Assembly (NCBI GenBank): GCA_036502745.1
Contig: DASXYB010000048.1
Coordinates: 1-41,974, forward strand
Direction: 5' to 3'
Source: Candidatus Udaeobacter sp.
Lineage (GTDB): Bacteria; Verrucomicrobiota; Verrucomicrobiia; Chthoniobacterales; UBA10450
Length of the DNA: 41,974 nt
Position 1 is the stretch's first letter. Each line of letters begins with the position of its first letter. Shown here piece after piece: positions 34,252-41,974 of this stretch. The position numbers and the translations under genes are program-made. The notes under the pieces were generated by a model. It ran no database searches. It was given only the letters and a program-made list of their open reading frames with translations, and was not told the origin of the DNA.

Positions 34252-34581
34252 TCATTTCGATTTTGCCACTTTTTTTGGCGCCTTTTCCCTGTTCTCCTCG
34301 AGTCGCTGGTAATGCTGGAGGTAAACGTCAGGATCCAGTTTGAATTTGGTCCGTAGGCGCACGATCGAGCCAGGATCGCTGTTCAAGATAAAGTTCACAT
34401 AATAACCGGAATCTAGCGAACGAGCCATGTAGGAGAAGTGACGTTTGTCCATCTTTTGGACCTGTTCGACATTGGCGCCTTCCTTCTGAAACTCGGATTC
34501 CAGACGCTCAATCATTTCTTTTATGTTTTCATCTTTCGCGTGCGTGTTTAACACCAGAAGGGCTTCGTAACGACGATTCAT
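34252..34581 (-). CDS. rpsF: 30S ribosomal protein S6
   Basis: MNRRYEALLVL........I.EMIERLES.......V......DKRHFSY. ATGA overlap with the pth stop. Confidence 0.9.
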   Translation of the reverse strand: MNRRYEALLVLNTHAKDENIKEMIERLESEFQKEGANVEQVQKMDKRHFSYMARSLDSGYYVNFILNSDPGSIVRLRTKFKLDPDVYLQHYQRLEENREKAPKKVAKSK

Positions 34582-35171
34582 ATTTCTTCGGATTTGTTAA
34601 ACGTGTTCATGGCTGAAACGAGACCATTGTCAATCGCGCATTTCAACGCTTCCACTGCGCGATCGATGGTCGATCGCACGATTGGCTTCTCCTCATCGAA
34701 GAATCGCCTCAGTACGTAATCGGCTGAACCCTCCCGCGGCGCGGCCCCAATTCCTATCCGTAAACGTGGGATCTCTTCCGTTCCAAATTGAACTATGACT
34801 GACTCAAGGCCGTTATGACCGCCCGGTCCGCCCTGCGCGCGTAGTCGAAGACGACCTAACGGCAACGAAAAATCGTCCAGCACGACGAGGATTTCCTGCG
34901 GCTCGATCTTGTAAAACTGCGCTACTGCGAACAGCGGATACCCGCTGCGATTCATGAAGCTCAAAGGCTTGATCAGAAGCACAGCTTCACACTTCGCGGA
35001 AAGTGTTTCCCATTTTGCCGATTTTTCCCACGCTGATCCAAACTGCGCCGCCAGCTGGTCGACGACGATGAATCCGATGTTATGTCGCGTCGCCGCGTAC
35101 TCCGAGCCGGGATTTCCGAGACCGGCGATAAGCCGGATTGGCGGATCTGTTTGCGGCCTGGATGAAGACAG
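34578..35171 (-). CDS. pth: Peptidyl-tRNA hydrolase (no canonical start codon; CTG 35171 or ATC 35138 are the only in-frame options)
   Basis: The in-frame translation upstream of the track ORF reads IRLIAGLGNPGSEYAATRHNIGFIVVDQLA, the conserved catalytic N-terminus. It continues into LLIKPLSFMNRSG...GHNGL. Confidence 0.85.
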   Translation of the reverse strand: MSSSRPQTDPPIRLIAGLGNPGSEYAATRHNIGFIVVDQLAAQFGSAWEKSAKWETLSAKCEAVLLIKPLSFMNRSGYPLFAVAQFYKIEPQEILVVLDDFSLPLGRLRLRAQGGPGGHNGLESVIVQFGTEEIPRLRIGIGAAPREGSADYVLRRFFDEEKPIVRSTIDRAVEALKCAIDNGLVSAMNTFNKSEEI

Positions 35172-35876
35172 TTATTTCTTCTCTTTCTCTTTTGGAGCTT
35201 TTTCTTTCGCAGCTGGTGCAGGAGCAGCCGCTTCGCCCTCTGCTTTCTTCTCGGTGATCACTTCCGGTCCGGCGGCAGCAGCCTCAGCTTCCGCTGCAAC
35301 TGGCGCTTCCTCAACGACAGGCGCCACCACTGAGAAGGCGGTCAAATCGACCTGCACCTTTGGGGTTACACCCTGGGGAAGTTGAATGTCACGGACGTGA
35401 ATGGCATCGCCAATGTTCAGCTTCGAAACGTCCACCGTGATCCGGTCGGGCAAATCGCCCGGCAAACATTCGATCGCTAATGCGCGCAAGCTCTGCTCGA
35501 GCAATCCGCCAAAGGTCTTAACTCCAACAGCTGTGCCCACGGGTTCCAGCGGGACCTCCGCCTGGATCATCTCGTCCATGGAGATTGCGTGAAAATCAAC
35601 GTGACGAATCTCGCCACCGACAGGTGTGTGTTGCACTTCCTGCACAAGCGCGGTGCGACTTTGGCCGCCGCCAATTTTGAGTTCGACCAGGACGTTTTCG
35701 CCTGAGGCGTGGCTCATCATTGCGTTGATCTCCCGAGCGGAGACTTGTAGCGGTTGCGGTTTGTCGTTGCCTCCGTAGATGACAGCCGGGATGAATCCGC
35801 GCGCTCTGAGTTTCCGCACAGCGGAGCGTCCTACAGTCGGCCGCGCTTCTGCTTTAAGCTTAACTTGTTTTGCCAT
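35172..35876 (-). CDS. rplY: 50S ribosomal protein L25 / general stress protein Ctc, with an Ala/Glu/Lys-rich C-terminal tail
   Basis: MAKQVKLKAEARPTVGRSAVRKLRARGFIPAVIYGG, and HVDFH. Canonical prs-rplY-pth order. Confidence 0.9.
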   Translation of the reverse strand: MAKQVKLKAEARPTVGRSAVRKLRARGFIPAVIYGGNDKPQPLQVSAREINAMMSHASGENVLVELKIGGGQSRTALVQEVQHTPVGGEIRHVDFHAISMDEMIQAEVPLEPVGTAVGVKTFGGLLEQSLRALAIECLPGDLPDRITVDVSKLNIGDAIHVRDIQLPQGVTPKVQVDLTAFSVVAPVVEEAPVAAEAEAAAAGPEVITEKKAEGEAAAPAPAAKEKAPKEKEKK

Positions 35877-36834
35877 TTTTTTCGTTCTCGATGTTGAACA
35901 GCGACGACACCGATTCGTCGTTGTGAATCCGTTTGATGCCTTCCCCGAGCAGCTCGGAGACGCAAAGCACCATGACCTCAAATCCTTCCACGGTGCGCAC
36001 CGGCGTACTGTTGGTCGTTACTAATTCCGTAATTTCGGATTTTTGCAACCGCGGAATGGCCACATCCACCAAGACCGCGTGGGCCACGCCAGCGTAAATA
36101 TTGCGTGCGCCGTGCTTTTTTACGATCGAAGCGGCCGAGGTAAGTGTGCCCGCCGTTTCAGTGAGATCATCGACGAGCAGCACATCGCTGTTTTCTACAT
36201 CGCCAATCAGGTAAAGCGCTTCAGTCACGGTGGCGCTTTTGCGCTCTTTCGCCACAATCGCGAGGTTCGCCCCGAGTGCTTCTGCATAAGCCGAAGCCAT
36301 TTTCAGCCCGCCCAGATCGGGAGAAACGACAGTTGTTTTGCCCGTCATTCTCTTGCGCAGATACTTGATCAAGACGGGCGCTGAATAGAGGTGATCCACC
36401 GGGATATCAAAGAACCCCTGCACCTGTTGCGCATGCAGGTCCATCGTGAGTACGCGATTCACGCCCGCAGCATGAAGCAAATTTGCTACGAGCTTAGCCG
36501 TGATCGGCACGCGCGGTTGATCTTTGCGGTCCTGGCGCGCGTATCCAAAAAATGGAATGACAGCCGTGATCCGGTCCGCGCTTGCGCGCCGCGCCGCGTC
36601 CACCATGATCAGTAACTCCATTAAATGTTGATTCGTCGGCGGGGAAGTTGGCTGAACAATGAACACGTCGTGCCCGCGAATGTTCTCCTCGATTCTGACG
36701 TATGTCTCGCCATCTGGAAATGAGCTGATCGTCGCCTGTCCAAGCGGCGCGCCGATGTACTTGCAAATTCGCTCGGCCAAATCGCGGTTTGCGGAGCCGG
36801 TAAAGACTTTTAATTCAGGTTGAAGCGCGAACAT
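35860..36834 (-). CDS. prs: Ribose-phosphate pyrophosphokinase
   Basis: KVFTGSAN..LAE.I, VFIVQ, PFFGYARQDRK and VLLVDDL..TAGT motifs. Confidence 0.95.
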   Translation of the reverse strand: MFALQPELKVFTGSANRDLAERICKYIGAPLGQATISSFPDGETYVRIEENIRGHDVFIVQPTSPPTNQHLMELLIMVDAARRASADRITAVIPFFGYARQDRKDQPRVPITAKLVANLLHAAGVNRVLTMDLHAQQVQGFFDIPVDHLYSAPVLIKYLRKRMTGKTTVVSPDLGGLKMASAYAEALGANLAIVAKERKSATVTEALYLIGDVENSDVLLVDDLTETAGTLTSAASIVKKHGARNIYAGVAHAVLVDVAIPRLQKSEITELVTTNSTPVRTVEGFEVMVLCVSELLGEGIKRIHNDESVSSLFNIENEKNGKTS

Positions 36835-36997
36835 CGCAAGGCGCTACAATAGGCGGACACGATCAAAATTAGCAAACCGGATTTACGCCGATGCGACAAA
36901 AACCGCCCTTCCTCGGATGGGTTGCGTTACCTGGCGTGTCCTTGCCAAAAGTCACATATCCGACAAGGTATCTGGTGTCGCAAAACCGAATAGAACC

Positions 36998-37978
36998 ATG
37001 GCTGCTGACGCGATCCGAATAGAACGCCCGACCACACGGTCCAAGCTCTTCGCGCACACACACTGGGATGCCGTTCCAGCCGCAGCGGGGCTTTCGCATC
37101 TCGCGTATCTTGTAGCGCTATACTTTTTGTTTCCGCATACGCCGCTGTGGATGATGCTGATTCTCGGGTTCGTTTATTCGCTGATGGTGAATGCAAACAT
37201 CAACGGGGTCGGGCACAACTTTATTCACAACCCGTTTTTCCGCTCACAACTGCTCAATCGCTTGTTTGGAATCACGCAATCGATGGCGTGCTGCTTCTCG
37301 CAGACGATGTACGACGCCGTGCATATGCAGCATCACAAGGGGAACTCCGACCGGCAGGATGAACACGGTGACACGATCGATTGGTTGTCCATCTATCGAC
37401 ATGGCCACCACGGCGAAGCCGAAAATTTGTGGAGCTATGTTTTTCTGAGTTTCTTCCGCGACGACGTCGGTGCGATTCGCAAGGACCTGCGGAAACGGAA
37501 AAATGGAGATGATTTTTGGGGCAACATGGAGCTGACAGCATTCGCCACGACGCTTTTGGTTATGGCAATCATCGTACCGACGATTCCCATTCACTTCATC
37601 AATTGGCGATTCACGCTGTACTTCCTGCCGTTTTGGTATCTCGGCCATTGCTTCAGTTACTTGAACGGCTATTACCGGCACTACGGCGCGAATCCTGACA
37701 AGCCGATTGCGTGGGGCGTGAGCAGCTATGGAAAAATTTATAACTGGCTGTTTTTCTACAACGGCTATCACGCCGAACATCATTTCCGTCCAAAGGTTCA
37801 CTGGACTAAAATGGAGAAATTCCGCCGGAGCATCGCGGATCTGCAGAAGCGCGAAGGTGTGCGCACGATCAGGCGCGCACACATGCTCGGTTTTCTCGAT
37901 CCTGATTTGCCGAAGCGTCGCGCGCGCAACCAAAGCGCGGCTGCGGAAGTAGCTGAGCCCTCTCTAAGCAGCGACTGA
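36998..37978 (+). CDS. Membrane fatty-acid desaturase family protein
   Basis: Three His boxes (HNFIHN, HMQHHKGN, HAEHH) and TM segments. ATG 36998 preferred. Confidence 0.8.
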   Translation: MAADAIRIERPTTRSKLFAHTHWDAVPAAAGLSHLAYLVALYFLFPHTPLWMMLILGFVYSLMVNANINGVGHNFIHNPFFRSQLLNRLFGITQSMACCFSQTMYDAVHMQHHKGNSDRQDEHGDTIDWLSIYRHGHHGEAENLWSYVFLSFFRDDVGAIRKDLRKRKNGDDFWGNMELTAFATTLLVMAIIVPTIPIHFINWRFTLYFLPFWYLGHCFSYLNGYYRHYGANPDKPIAWGVSSYGKIYNWLFFYNGYHAEHHFRPKVHWTKMEKFRRSIADLQKREGVRTIRRAHMLGFLDPDLPKRRARNQSAAAEVAEPSLSSD

Positions 37979-38890
37979 AATCGGTTTTAACGGCGAGCGC
38001 GCCGCCCGTTCTAATTCCTGCTTGACGTGCGCAATTAGAGGCGGCCAATCACCTGGGTCTTTTTGACGGAACAGACGCATTGCGGGATACCACGGCGAAT
38101 CGGTTCGATTTTCCATCCAGCGCCAATCGCAACGAGAATGCAATAAGACCCAAGTTGGAACACCCATCGCGCCGGCGAGGTGCGCTGGCATACTGTCTAT
38201 TGTGACCATCAAATCGAGTGCGGCGATCGTTCTCGCCGCTTCATATAGATCGTCGTCTCCCGAATTGATCCCAAAACCGATTGGCCGCTCCATTAATGCG
38301 CCGCCGCGCTGGACAATGTGAAGCGTGAGCCCCGCGATGCCTTGGAATCTGGCAAACAATCGCAGCGGCACAGACCGGCGCGGATCCCAGTCGCTACCCC
38401 GCCACACAAGCCCCACCTTCATGTTAGCCGTTACCGGAAAACTGCGCGGCACAACGCATATGTACGGAATTCGAGCCGGAATCGTGTGGATGCTCGTCCG
38501 GAATACGTGCGGCAACTCACTTAATTCAATCGCGACGTCATAAGTTTCGGGTGGAACGTCGTTGTACCGTGTCACCAGGCTGTCAATTCCTTCAACATGC
38601 TCAAGCACGCGCGCGAGAGAAGCTTGCGCGTGCAATGTGACATGGCGCGCAACGCGTCGAAGCAATGGCACGTAACGCACAAACTGCAATGTGTCGCCGA
38701 GGCCGTAGCAGCAGTGGACCAGCACGCGCTTTCCATCGAGCGGTTCTCCGCGCCACGTGGGTTTCTCGTCACGCGTTGAGCGAGCGAAACGATCGCGGTT
38801 GTGCAACGCGCGATCACTGATGCGCCAAGCCGCTTCGAAATCACTACGGCGCATGTGTTGCCGCCACAGGTCTGGCAGAAGATCGGACAT
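37964..38890 (-). CDS. Glycosyltransferase family 9 (heptosyltransferase-like) domain protein
   Basis: GLGDTLQFVRYVP.L, VGLVW.G, and DLMVTIDSMPAHLAGAMGVPTWVLL. This is the pattern of GT9-like proteins. Confidence 0.65.
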   Translation of the reverse strand: MSDLLPDLWRQHMRRSDFEAAWRISDRALHNRDRFARSTRDEKPTWRGEPLDGKRVLVHCCYGLGDTLQFVRYVPLLRRVARHVTLHAQASLARVLEHVEGIDSLVTRYNDVPPETYDVAIELSELPHVFRTSIHTIPARIPYICVVPRSFPVTANMKVGLVWRGSDWDPRRSVPLRLFARFQGIAGLTLHIVQRGGALMERPIGFGINSGDDDLYEAARTIAALDLMVTIDSMPAHLAGAMGVPTWVLLHSRCDWRWMENRTDSPWYPAMRLFRQKDPGDWPPLIAHVKQELERAARSPLKPISVAA

Positions 38891-38932
38891 CCTAAGAAGA
38901 ACGCCCGTGCTCCAGGTGTTGGATCGGCAAAA

Positions 38933-39220
38933 CTACTGCCGCGCGAAACCGCTGCGGAGTTTTGCTTTCGCTGCTTCGCACTCCTCACCTAAGCGGCGGA
39001 GATCTGAAGCAAGTTGCTTCTCTAGAGAATCAATATCGTCCGCCTTGCCCTCGCTCTGTGCCTTTTGAATCTGATTTTTCAGGAAAAGCTCTTTCTCGGC
39101 TATCTTGGCGCGATATTTCGAATCAGTTTCGGCGAGTTGTTTCTTTTGTTCCTCCGTGAGCGACAGCGATGGCGCCGTTTTTTGAAGCCGTTCCATTGCG
39201 AGTTCGTAAGCGGATTTCAT
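38933..39220 (-). CDS. Hypothetical coiled-coil protein (95 aa)
   Basis: ORF with charged heptad-like composition. No motif recognised. Confidence 0.45.
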   Translation of the reverse strand: MKSAYELAMERLQKTAPSLSLTEEQKKQLAETDSKYRAKIAEKELFLKNQIQKAQSEGKADDIDSLEKQLASDLRRLGEECEAAKAKLRSGFARQ

Positions 39221-39287
39221 CTGATTTTACGCTCCTGAAACAATCGACGCATTGCTTCTCGGAAATCAATTCTTAAATTGATTTCGC

Positions 39288-40082
39288 ATGCGTTCACGAA
39301 TCCGGCTGCTCAGTATTGATTTTGATGGGACGCTTGTTTCGCGTGCTACCGAACCGGTGTTCAATGCCCAATGTATGGAGTTGATTCGCGCGCTGCAGCA
39401 CGCTGGCGCGATCTGGGCGATCAACACTGGGCGCTCAGTTGATCTGCTTGAGAAAGGTCTCGCGGAGTTCGCGCTACCGATTCGTCCTGATTTCATTCTC
39501 ACGACTGAACGCGACGTTTTTCGTCCGGCGCGAAACGGCGAGAAATGGGAACCATTCGGCGATTGGAACCACCGATGCGCACGCGATCATGCCGAGTTGT
39601 TTTCGTCTGCTGGTTCAGTCCTGGCTGAATTTGTGGATTTCGCTACGAATCAGACGAAAGCGCGTCTGCTCTATAACTCCGAAGGTCTTGAAGGGCTTGC
39701 CGCTGAAAGCGAGGAGGAGATTGATCGCATCACGCAGTTCATCCGACAAGCTCGCGCGGACCATCCCAAATTGGATTACCAGCGCAATGGAGTTTACCTG
39801 CGTTTTTGTCACGCTGATTACCACAAAGGCGCGGCGCTGGCTGAGTTGGCGCGTTTAGTGGATGTCGCGCGTGAAAATATTTTCGCGGCGGGCGATCACC
39901 ACAACGATGTGTCGATGCTCGACGGAAGATTCGCAGCGATGCCGTCATGTCCGGCCAATGCGATTCCCGAAGTGCAACTTGCCGTGACCAATGCTGGCGG
40001 TTACGTCGCACAGAAAAACCATGGCGCCGGCGTCCATGAAGCGCTCGTGCACTTCGTGAATGTAGATTCGTCGAAGCGTTGA
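39288..40082 (+). CDS. HAD-IIB (Cof-type) phosphatase
   Basis: Motif I IDFDGTLV, motif II NTGR, motif IV GDHHNDVSML. Confidence 0.8.
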   Translation: MRSRIRLLSIDFDGTLVSRATEPVFNAQCMELIRALQHAGAIWAINTGRSVDLLEKGLAEFALPIRPDFILTTERDVFRPARNGEKWEPFGDWNHRCARDHAELFSSAGSVLAEFVDFATNQTKARLLYNSEGLEGLAAESEEEIDRITQFIRQARADHPKLDYQRNGVYLRFCHADYHKGAALAELARLVDVARENIFAAGDHHNDVSMLDGRFAAMPSCPANAIPEVQLAVTNAGGYVAQKNHGAGVHEALVHFVNVDSSKR

Positions 40083-40152
40083 AGGGTTAAAGCGGATCAA
40101 GCCGCGATTCTTCCTCCTCTCCGACGTTTCATTTAATGCTTTAACGGCGCTG

Positions 40153-40374
40153 TCACCACTTCACGTTAGCGGATCCCATCGCTCCCGGAGCGTAACGTTG
40201 GTCATCGGACATTTTTTCTCCCGGGACAGCCGCGCCTGATTGCGAGGACGACGGGTCGGAAAGCGTTTCGGTAGTCATCGACGTGCAGCCCGCGAGCAAG
40301 GAGGCAAGGATCACAACAAGAACAACGGTCATTGCGACTTGTTTGATCACTGATCGAAACCTATGGGCGGGCAT
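40153..40374 (-). CDS. Small lipoprotein (start uncertain: 40374 or 40332)
   Basis: Basic n-region, hydrophobic core and lipobox LLAGC. Short Ser/Pro-rich mature peptide containing YAPG. Confidence 0.5.
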   Translation of the reverse strand: MPAHRFRSVIKQVAMTVVLVVILASLLAGCTSMTTETLSDPSSSQSGAAVPGEKMSDDQRYAPGAMGSANVKW

Positions 40375-40405
40375 TTCCGATGCAACCACCCGCACGGGAC
40401 GGCGA

Positions 40406-40606
40406 TCAGTGGCCGCTCTCATGCGCAGCGCTCATTCCCTCGCTGCCGGGAGCGTACGACGGACGCCCAAAGTGGGCTGCGGTAGATGTCATGTGGTCGT
40501 CAGTTGATTCCCTTACGACGCCTTCCTGGGAAGATGAGGCACAAGCGGAAAGCAGCCACGCAATCACCAAAGCAACCGTCCCACAGCACACAACACGTTT
40601 ATTCAC
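40406..40606 (-). CDS. Small lipoprotein (GTG start), paralogue-like neighbour of the 40153 gene
   Basis: VNKRVVCCGTVALVIAWLLSAC lipobox. The mature part also contains YAPG. The longer track ORF to 40837 has no support upstream of the signal peptide. Confidence 0.45.
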   Translation of the reverse strand: MNKRVVCCGTVALVIAWLLSACASSSQEGVVRESTDDHMTSTAAHFGRPSYAPGSEGMSAAHESGH

Positions 40607-40725
40607 GAAGCCGAATCTACTGATCACACAGTGCGAGGCAACCAGCGAAACTCGAGCGTTGATGCTGGAAGAAAGCCGCCGCGAAAAACTTTTGCGCAGA
40701 AACCGAAGCTCGCGTTTAGTTCTGC

Positions 40726-41397
40726 ATGGCCGGCAACTGGGGCGAGCCTGAACGCATGTGGGACGAATATGACTGGGAGCGTTTTCTTCAGCAACAAGAT
40801 GGGAAGACCGAAAAATACATGCAGTTGCTCGAAACATATCTTGATGATCCGCGCCGCGACGAAATTATCGCGCGCGAAATGGGTTGGACGCAGTTGCTGG
40901 AGGAAAAAGACTGGAGCGCGGAAGTGGACGCGCTTCTCGAAGAAACCGCTACCGAGGAGGAAGAGTCGGACATCGATAATACAGCCGGCTCCGGCGAGAC
41001 TTTCCAAGAGCACGATCTTTATCGCGCTGCCTTCGATCTCACGCTCTGGATCGATCAATTATTTGATCAAAACCCTACGCTGCAGAACGAGCCCGCAGCG
41101 GTTAAGCTGGCTACTCACGCGGCACTGGCAAGCGCGAAGCTAGCAGCAGCGTTAAGCGGTGATCATCTCGACGAAATTGGAATGACGATCGCGTATTTGA
41201 AACGGGCGTTGAAAGCGATCACGACCTCGATGAATGCGGCAGCGCAACTGCGAAAGGCAGCCGGACTGATCAGCCGCTCGGACTATCTGGTGTTGCAACA
41301 ACGACTCTTTGAAGTCCGCGACGGCATCGTAACCCTAATGGGTGAATATCGCGCTGAGTGGCGCCGTCGTTTCGGCCCGGACAGTTTTCGGCATTGA
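40726..41397 (+). CDS. Hypothetical acidic helical protein (223 aa)
   Basis: Long ORF with coding-like composition, directly upstream of an ECF sigma gene. No motif recognised. Confidence 0.5.
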   Translation: MAGNWGEPERMWDEYDWERFLQQQDGKTEKYMQLLETYLDDPRRDEIIAREMGWTQLLEEKDWSAEVDALLEETATEEEESDIDNTAGSGETFQEHDLYRAAFDLTLWIDQLFDQNPTLQNEPAAVKLATHAALASAKLAAALSGDHLDEIGMTIAYLKRALKAITTSMNAAAQLRKAAGLISRSDYLVLQQRLFEVRDGIVTLMGEYRAEWRRRFGPDSFRH

Positions 41398-41425
41398 ATG
41401 AAATAAGGGCGCTCTCCGTCCAATC

Positions 41426-41974
41426 ATGCAAACGGAAGCGACTCTGGCGCAGTCCGATGTGTCGGAATTGGACCTGGTAAAACGATGCCAGTCCGGTGAC
41501 ACCGAAGCATTCGACGAGCTAGTAACTCGCTACCGGACACGAGTATTCGGCATGATTTACAACATGGTCCACAGCGAACAGGACGCGTGGGATCTCGCTC
41601 AGGAGAGCTTTCTAAAAGCATGGAAATCGATTGGGAGGTTCCGCAGTCAGTCATCCTTTTACACCTGGATTTATCGCATCGTCATGAACGTGACGATCGA
41701 TTGGCTGCGCAAAAAGAAGATCAAAGGCGGCGATGCTGAGTTCGATGATGCAATTCAGCTGAGAGAGATTGACCCGGCATCAAAAACGGTTCCGAAAACG
41801 GAAGCGTTACCTCATCAAGCGATGGAACGGGATGAGATTCGCGCCCGAATCGACAAGGCGATTGATCAGCTCTCGCCCGAGCATCGCGCAGTGATTTTGA
41901 TGAAGGAAATCGACGATATGCAATACCACGAAATCGCGGAAGCGTTGGGGTGTTCCATCGGCACCGTGATGTCC
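41426..41974 (+). CDS. ECF-type RNA polymerase sigma-70 factor, 3'-partial (runs off the window; not in the ORF track)
   Basis: My translation from ATG 41426: MQTEATLAQSDVSELDLVKRCQSGDTEAFDELVTRYRTRVFGMIYNMV..EQDAWDLAQESFLKAW....F...SSFYTWIYRIVMNVTIDWLRK ... LSPEHRAVILMKEIDDMQYHEIAEALGCSIGTVMS. Confidence 0.85.
   Translation, partial: MQTEATLAQSDVSELDLVKRCQSGDTEAFDELVTRYRTRVFGMIYNMVHSEQDAWDLAQESFLKAWKSIGRFRSQSSFYTWIYRIVMNVTIDWLRKKKIKGGDAEFDDAIQLREIDPASKTVPKTEALPHQAMERDEIRARIDKAIDQLSPEHRAVILMKEIDDMQYHEIAEALGCSIGTVMS

Noticed and set aside
1-41974. Many long antisense or overlapping ORFs in the six-frame track, for example 87-563(-), 990-1499(-), 2813-3358(-), 6156-6722(-), 9503-10012(-), 19905-20450(-), 22134-22694(-), 27184-27768(+), 30334-30855(+), 32146-32604(+), 37244-37933(-), 38572-38988(-), 40631-41143(+)
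   Set aside because: Each lies opposite or out of frame to a gene with clear family motifs. Their translations are Arg/Ser/Cys-rich with no motifs, typical of shadow ORFs in GC-rich DNA.
1-41974. Search for tRNA, rRNA and CRISPR arrays
   Set aside because: I saw no T-loop-type GGTTCGAATCC-like motifs in a cloverleaf context, no rRNA-like stretches and no regularly spaced direct repeats of 25-40 nt. This was by-eye scanning only; tRNAscan-SE/Infernal would be decisive.

Overview
Moderately GC-rich bacterial chromosomal window, mostly housekeeping genes. Protein features (futalosine menaquinone genes, low-complexity extensions on ribosomal proteins, several ECF sigma factors, an LPHF-type RAYT-like domain) suggest a PVC-group or Verrucomicrobiota-like organism. 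That placement is inference only.

Gene content, left to right:
- The left end holds the tail of the spc/alpha ribosomal cluster: rplO-secY-adk-map-infA-rpmJ-rpsM-rpsK-rpsD. It stops after rpsD, with no rpoA or rplQ.
- Next come a 759-bp ORF-poor spacer and a small island: a papain-fold cysteine peptidase with an unknown C-terminal domain, two small minus-strand genes (one DUF2934-like), a DUF360 holin-family membrane protein and an ECF sigma factor.
- Then: futalosine-pathway genes (radical-SAM MqnE/MqnC-type plus mqnA), a DUF2939-like protein, an EamA transporter, nrdR with apparent tandem NrdR boxes on its own start, a HIT protein, an orphan rpmI, type II NADH dehydrogenase, ybeY, clpS with a DUF2017-like partner, an ECF sigma/anti-sigma pair, a TreS-maltokinase fusion and a CADD-like di-iron protein.
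- A long co-directional minus-strand run follows: prs-rplY-pth-rpsF-ssb-dprA-topoisomerase III-recJ-recG-htrA.
- The right end holds a membrane desaturase, a GT9-like glycosyltransferase, a HAD hydrolase, two tandem small lipoproteins, a hypothetical protein and a partial ECF sigma factor.

No rRNA, tRNA or CRISPR array was seen.

Most interesting observation: recG carries an in-frame insertion of about 215 aa between helicase motifs Ia and II. The insert encodes a complete-looking HUH/Y1 (REP-associated tyrosine transposase, RAYT-like) domain. At DNA level it is bracketed by 45-nt inverted repeats, each with a conserved 25-nt head (GTAG in one copy, GCAG in the other) followed by a hairpin whose stem sequence covaries between the two copies.

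Other oddities:
- infA needs a -1 shift in an A run, and it has no stop codon before rpmJ.
- pth has no canonical start codon.
- The rpsK-rpsD spacer is built entirely from an 8-nt periodic repeat.
- There are iteron-like AATCTG repeats upstream of the CADD-like gene.
- There is a terminator-like interleaved stem structure in the leader of a small gene.
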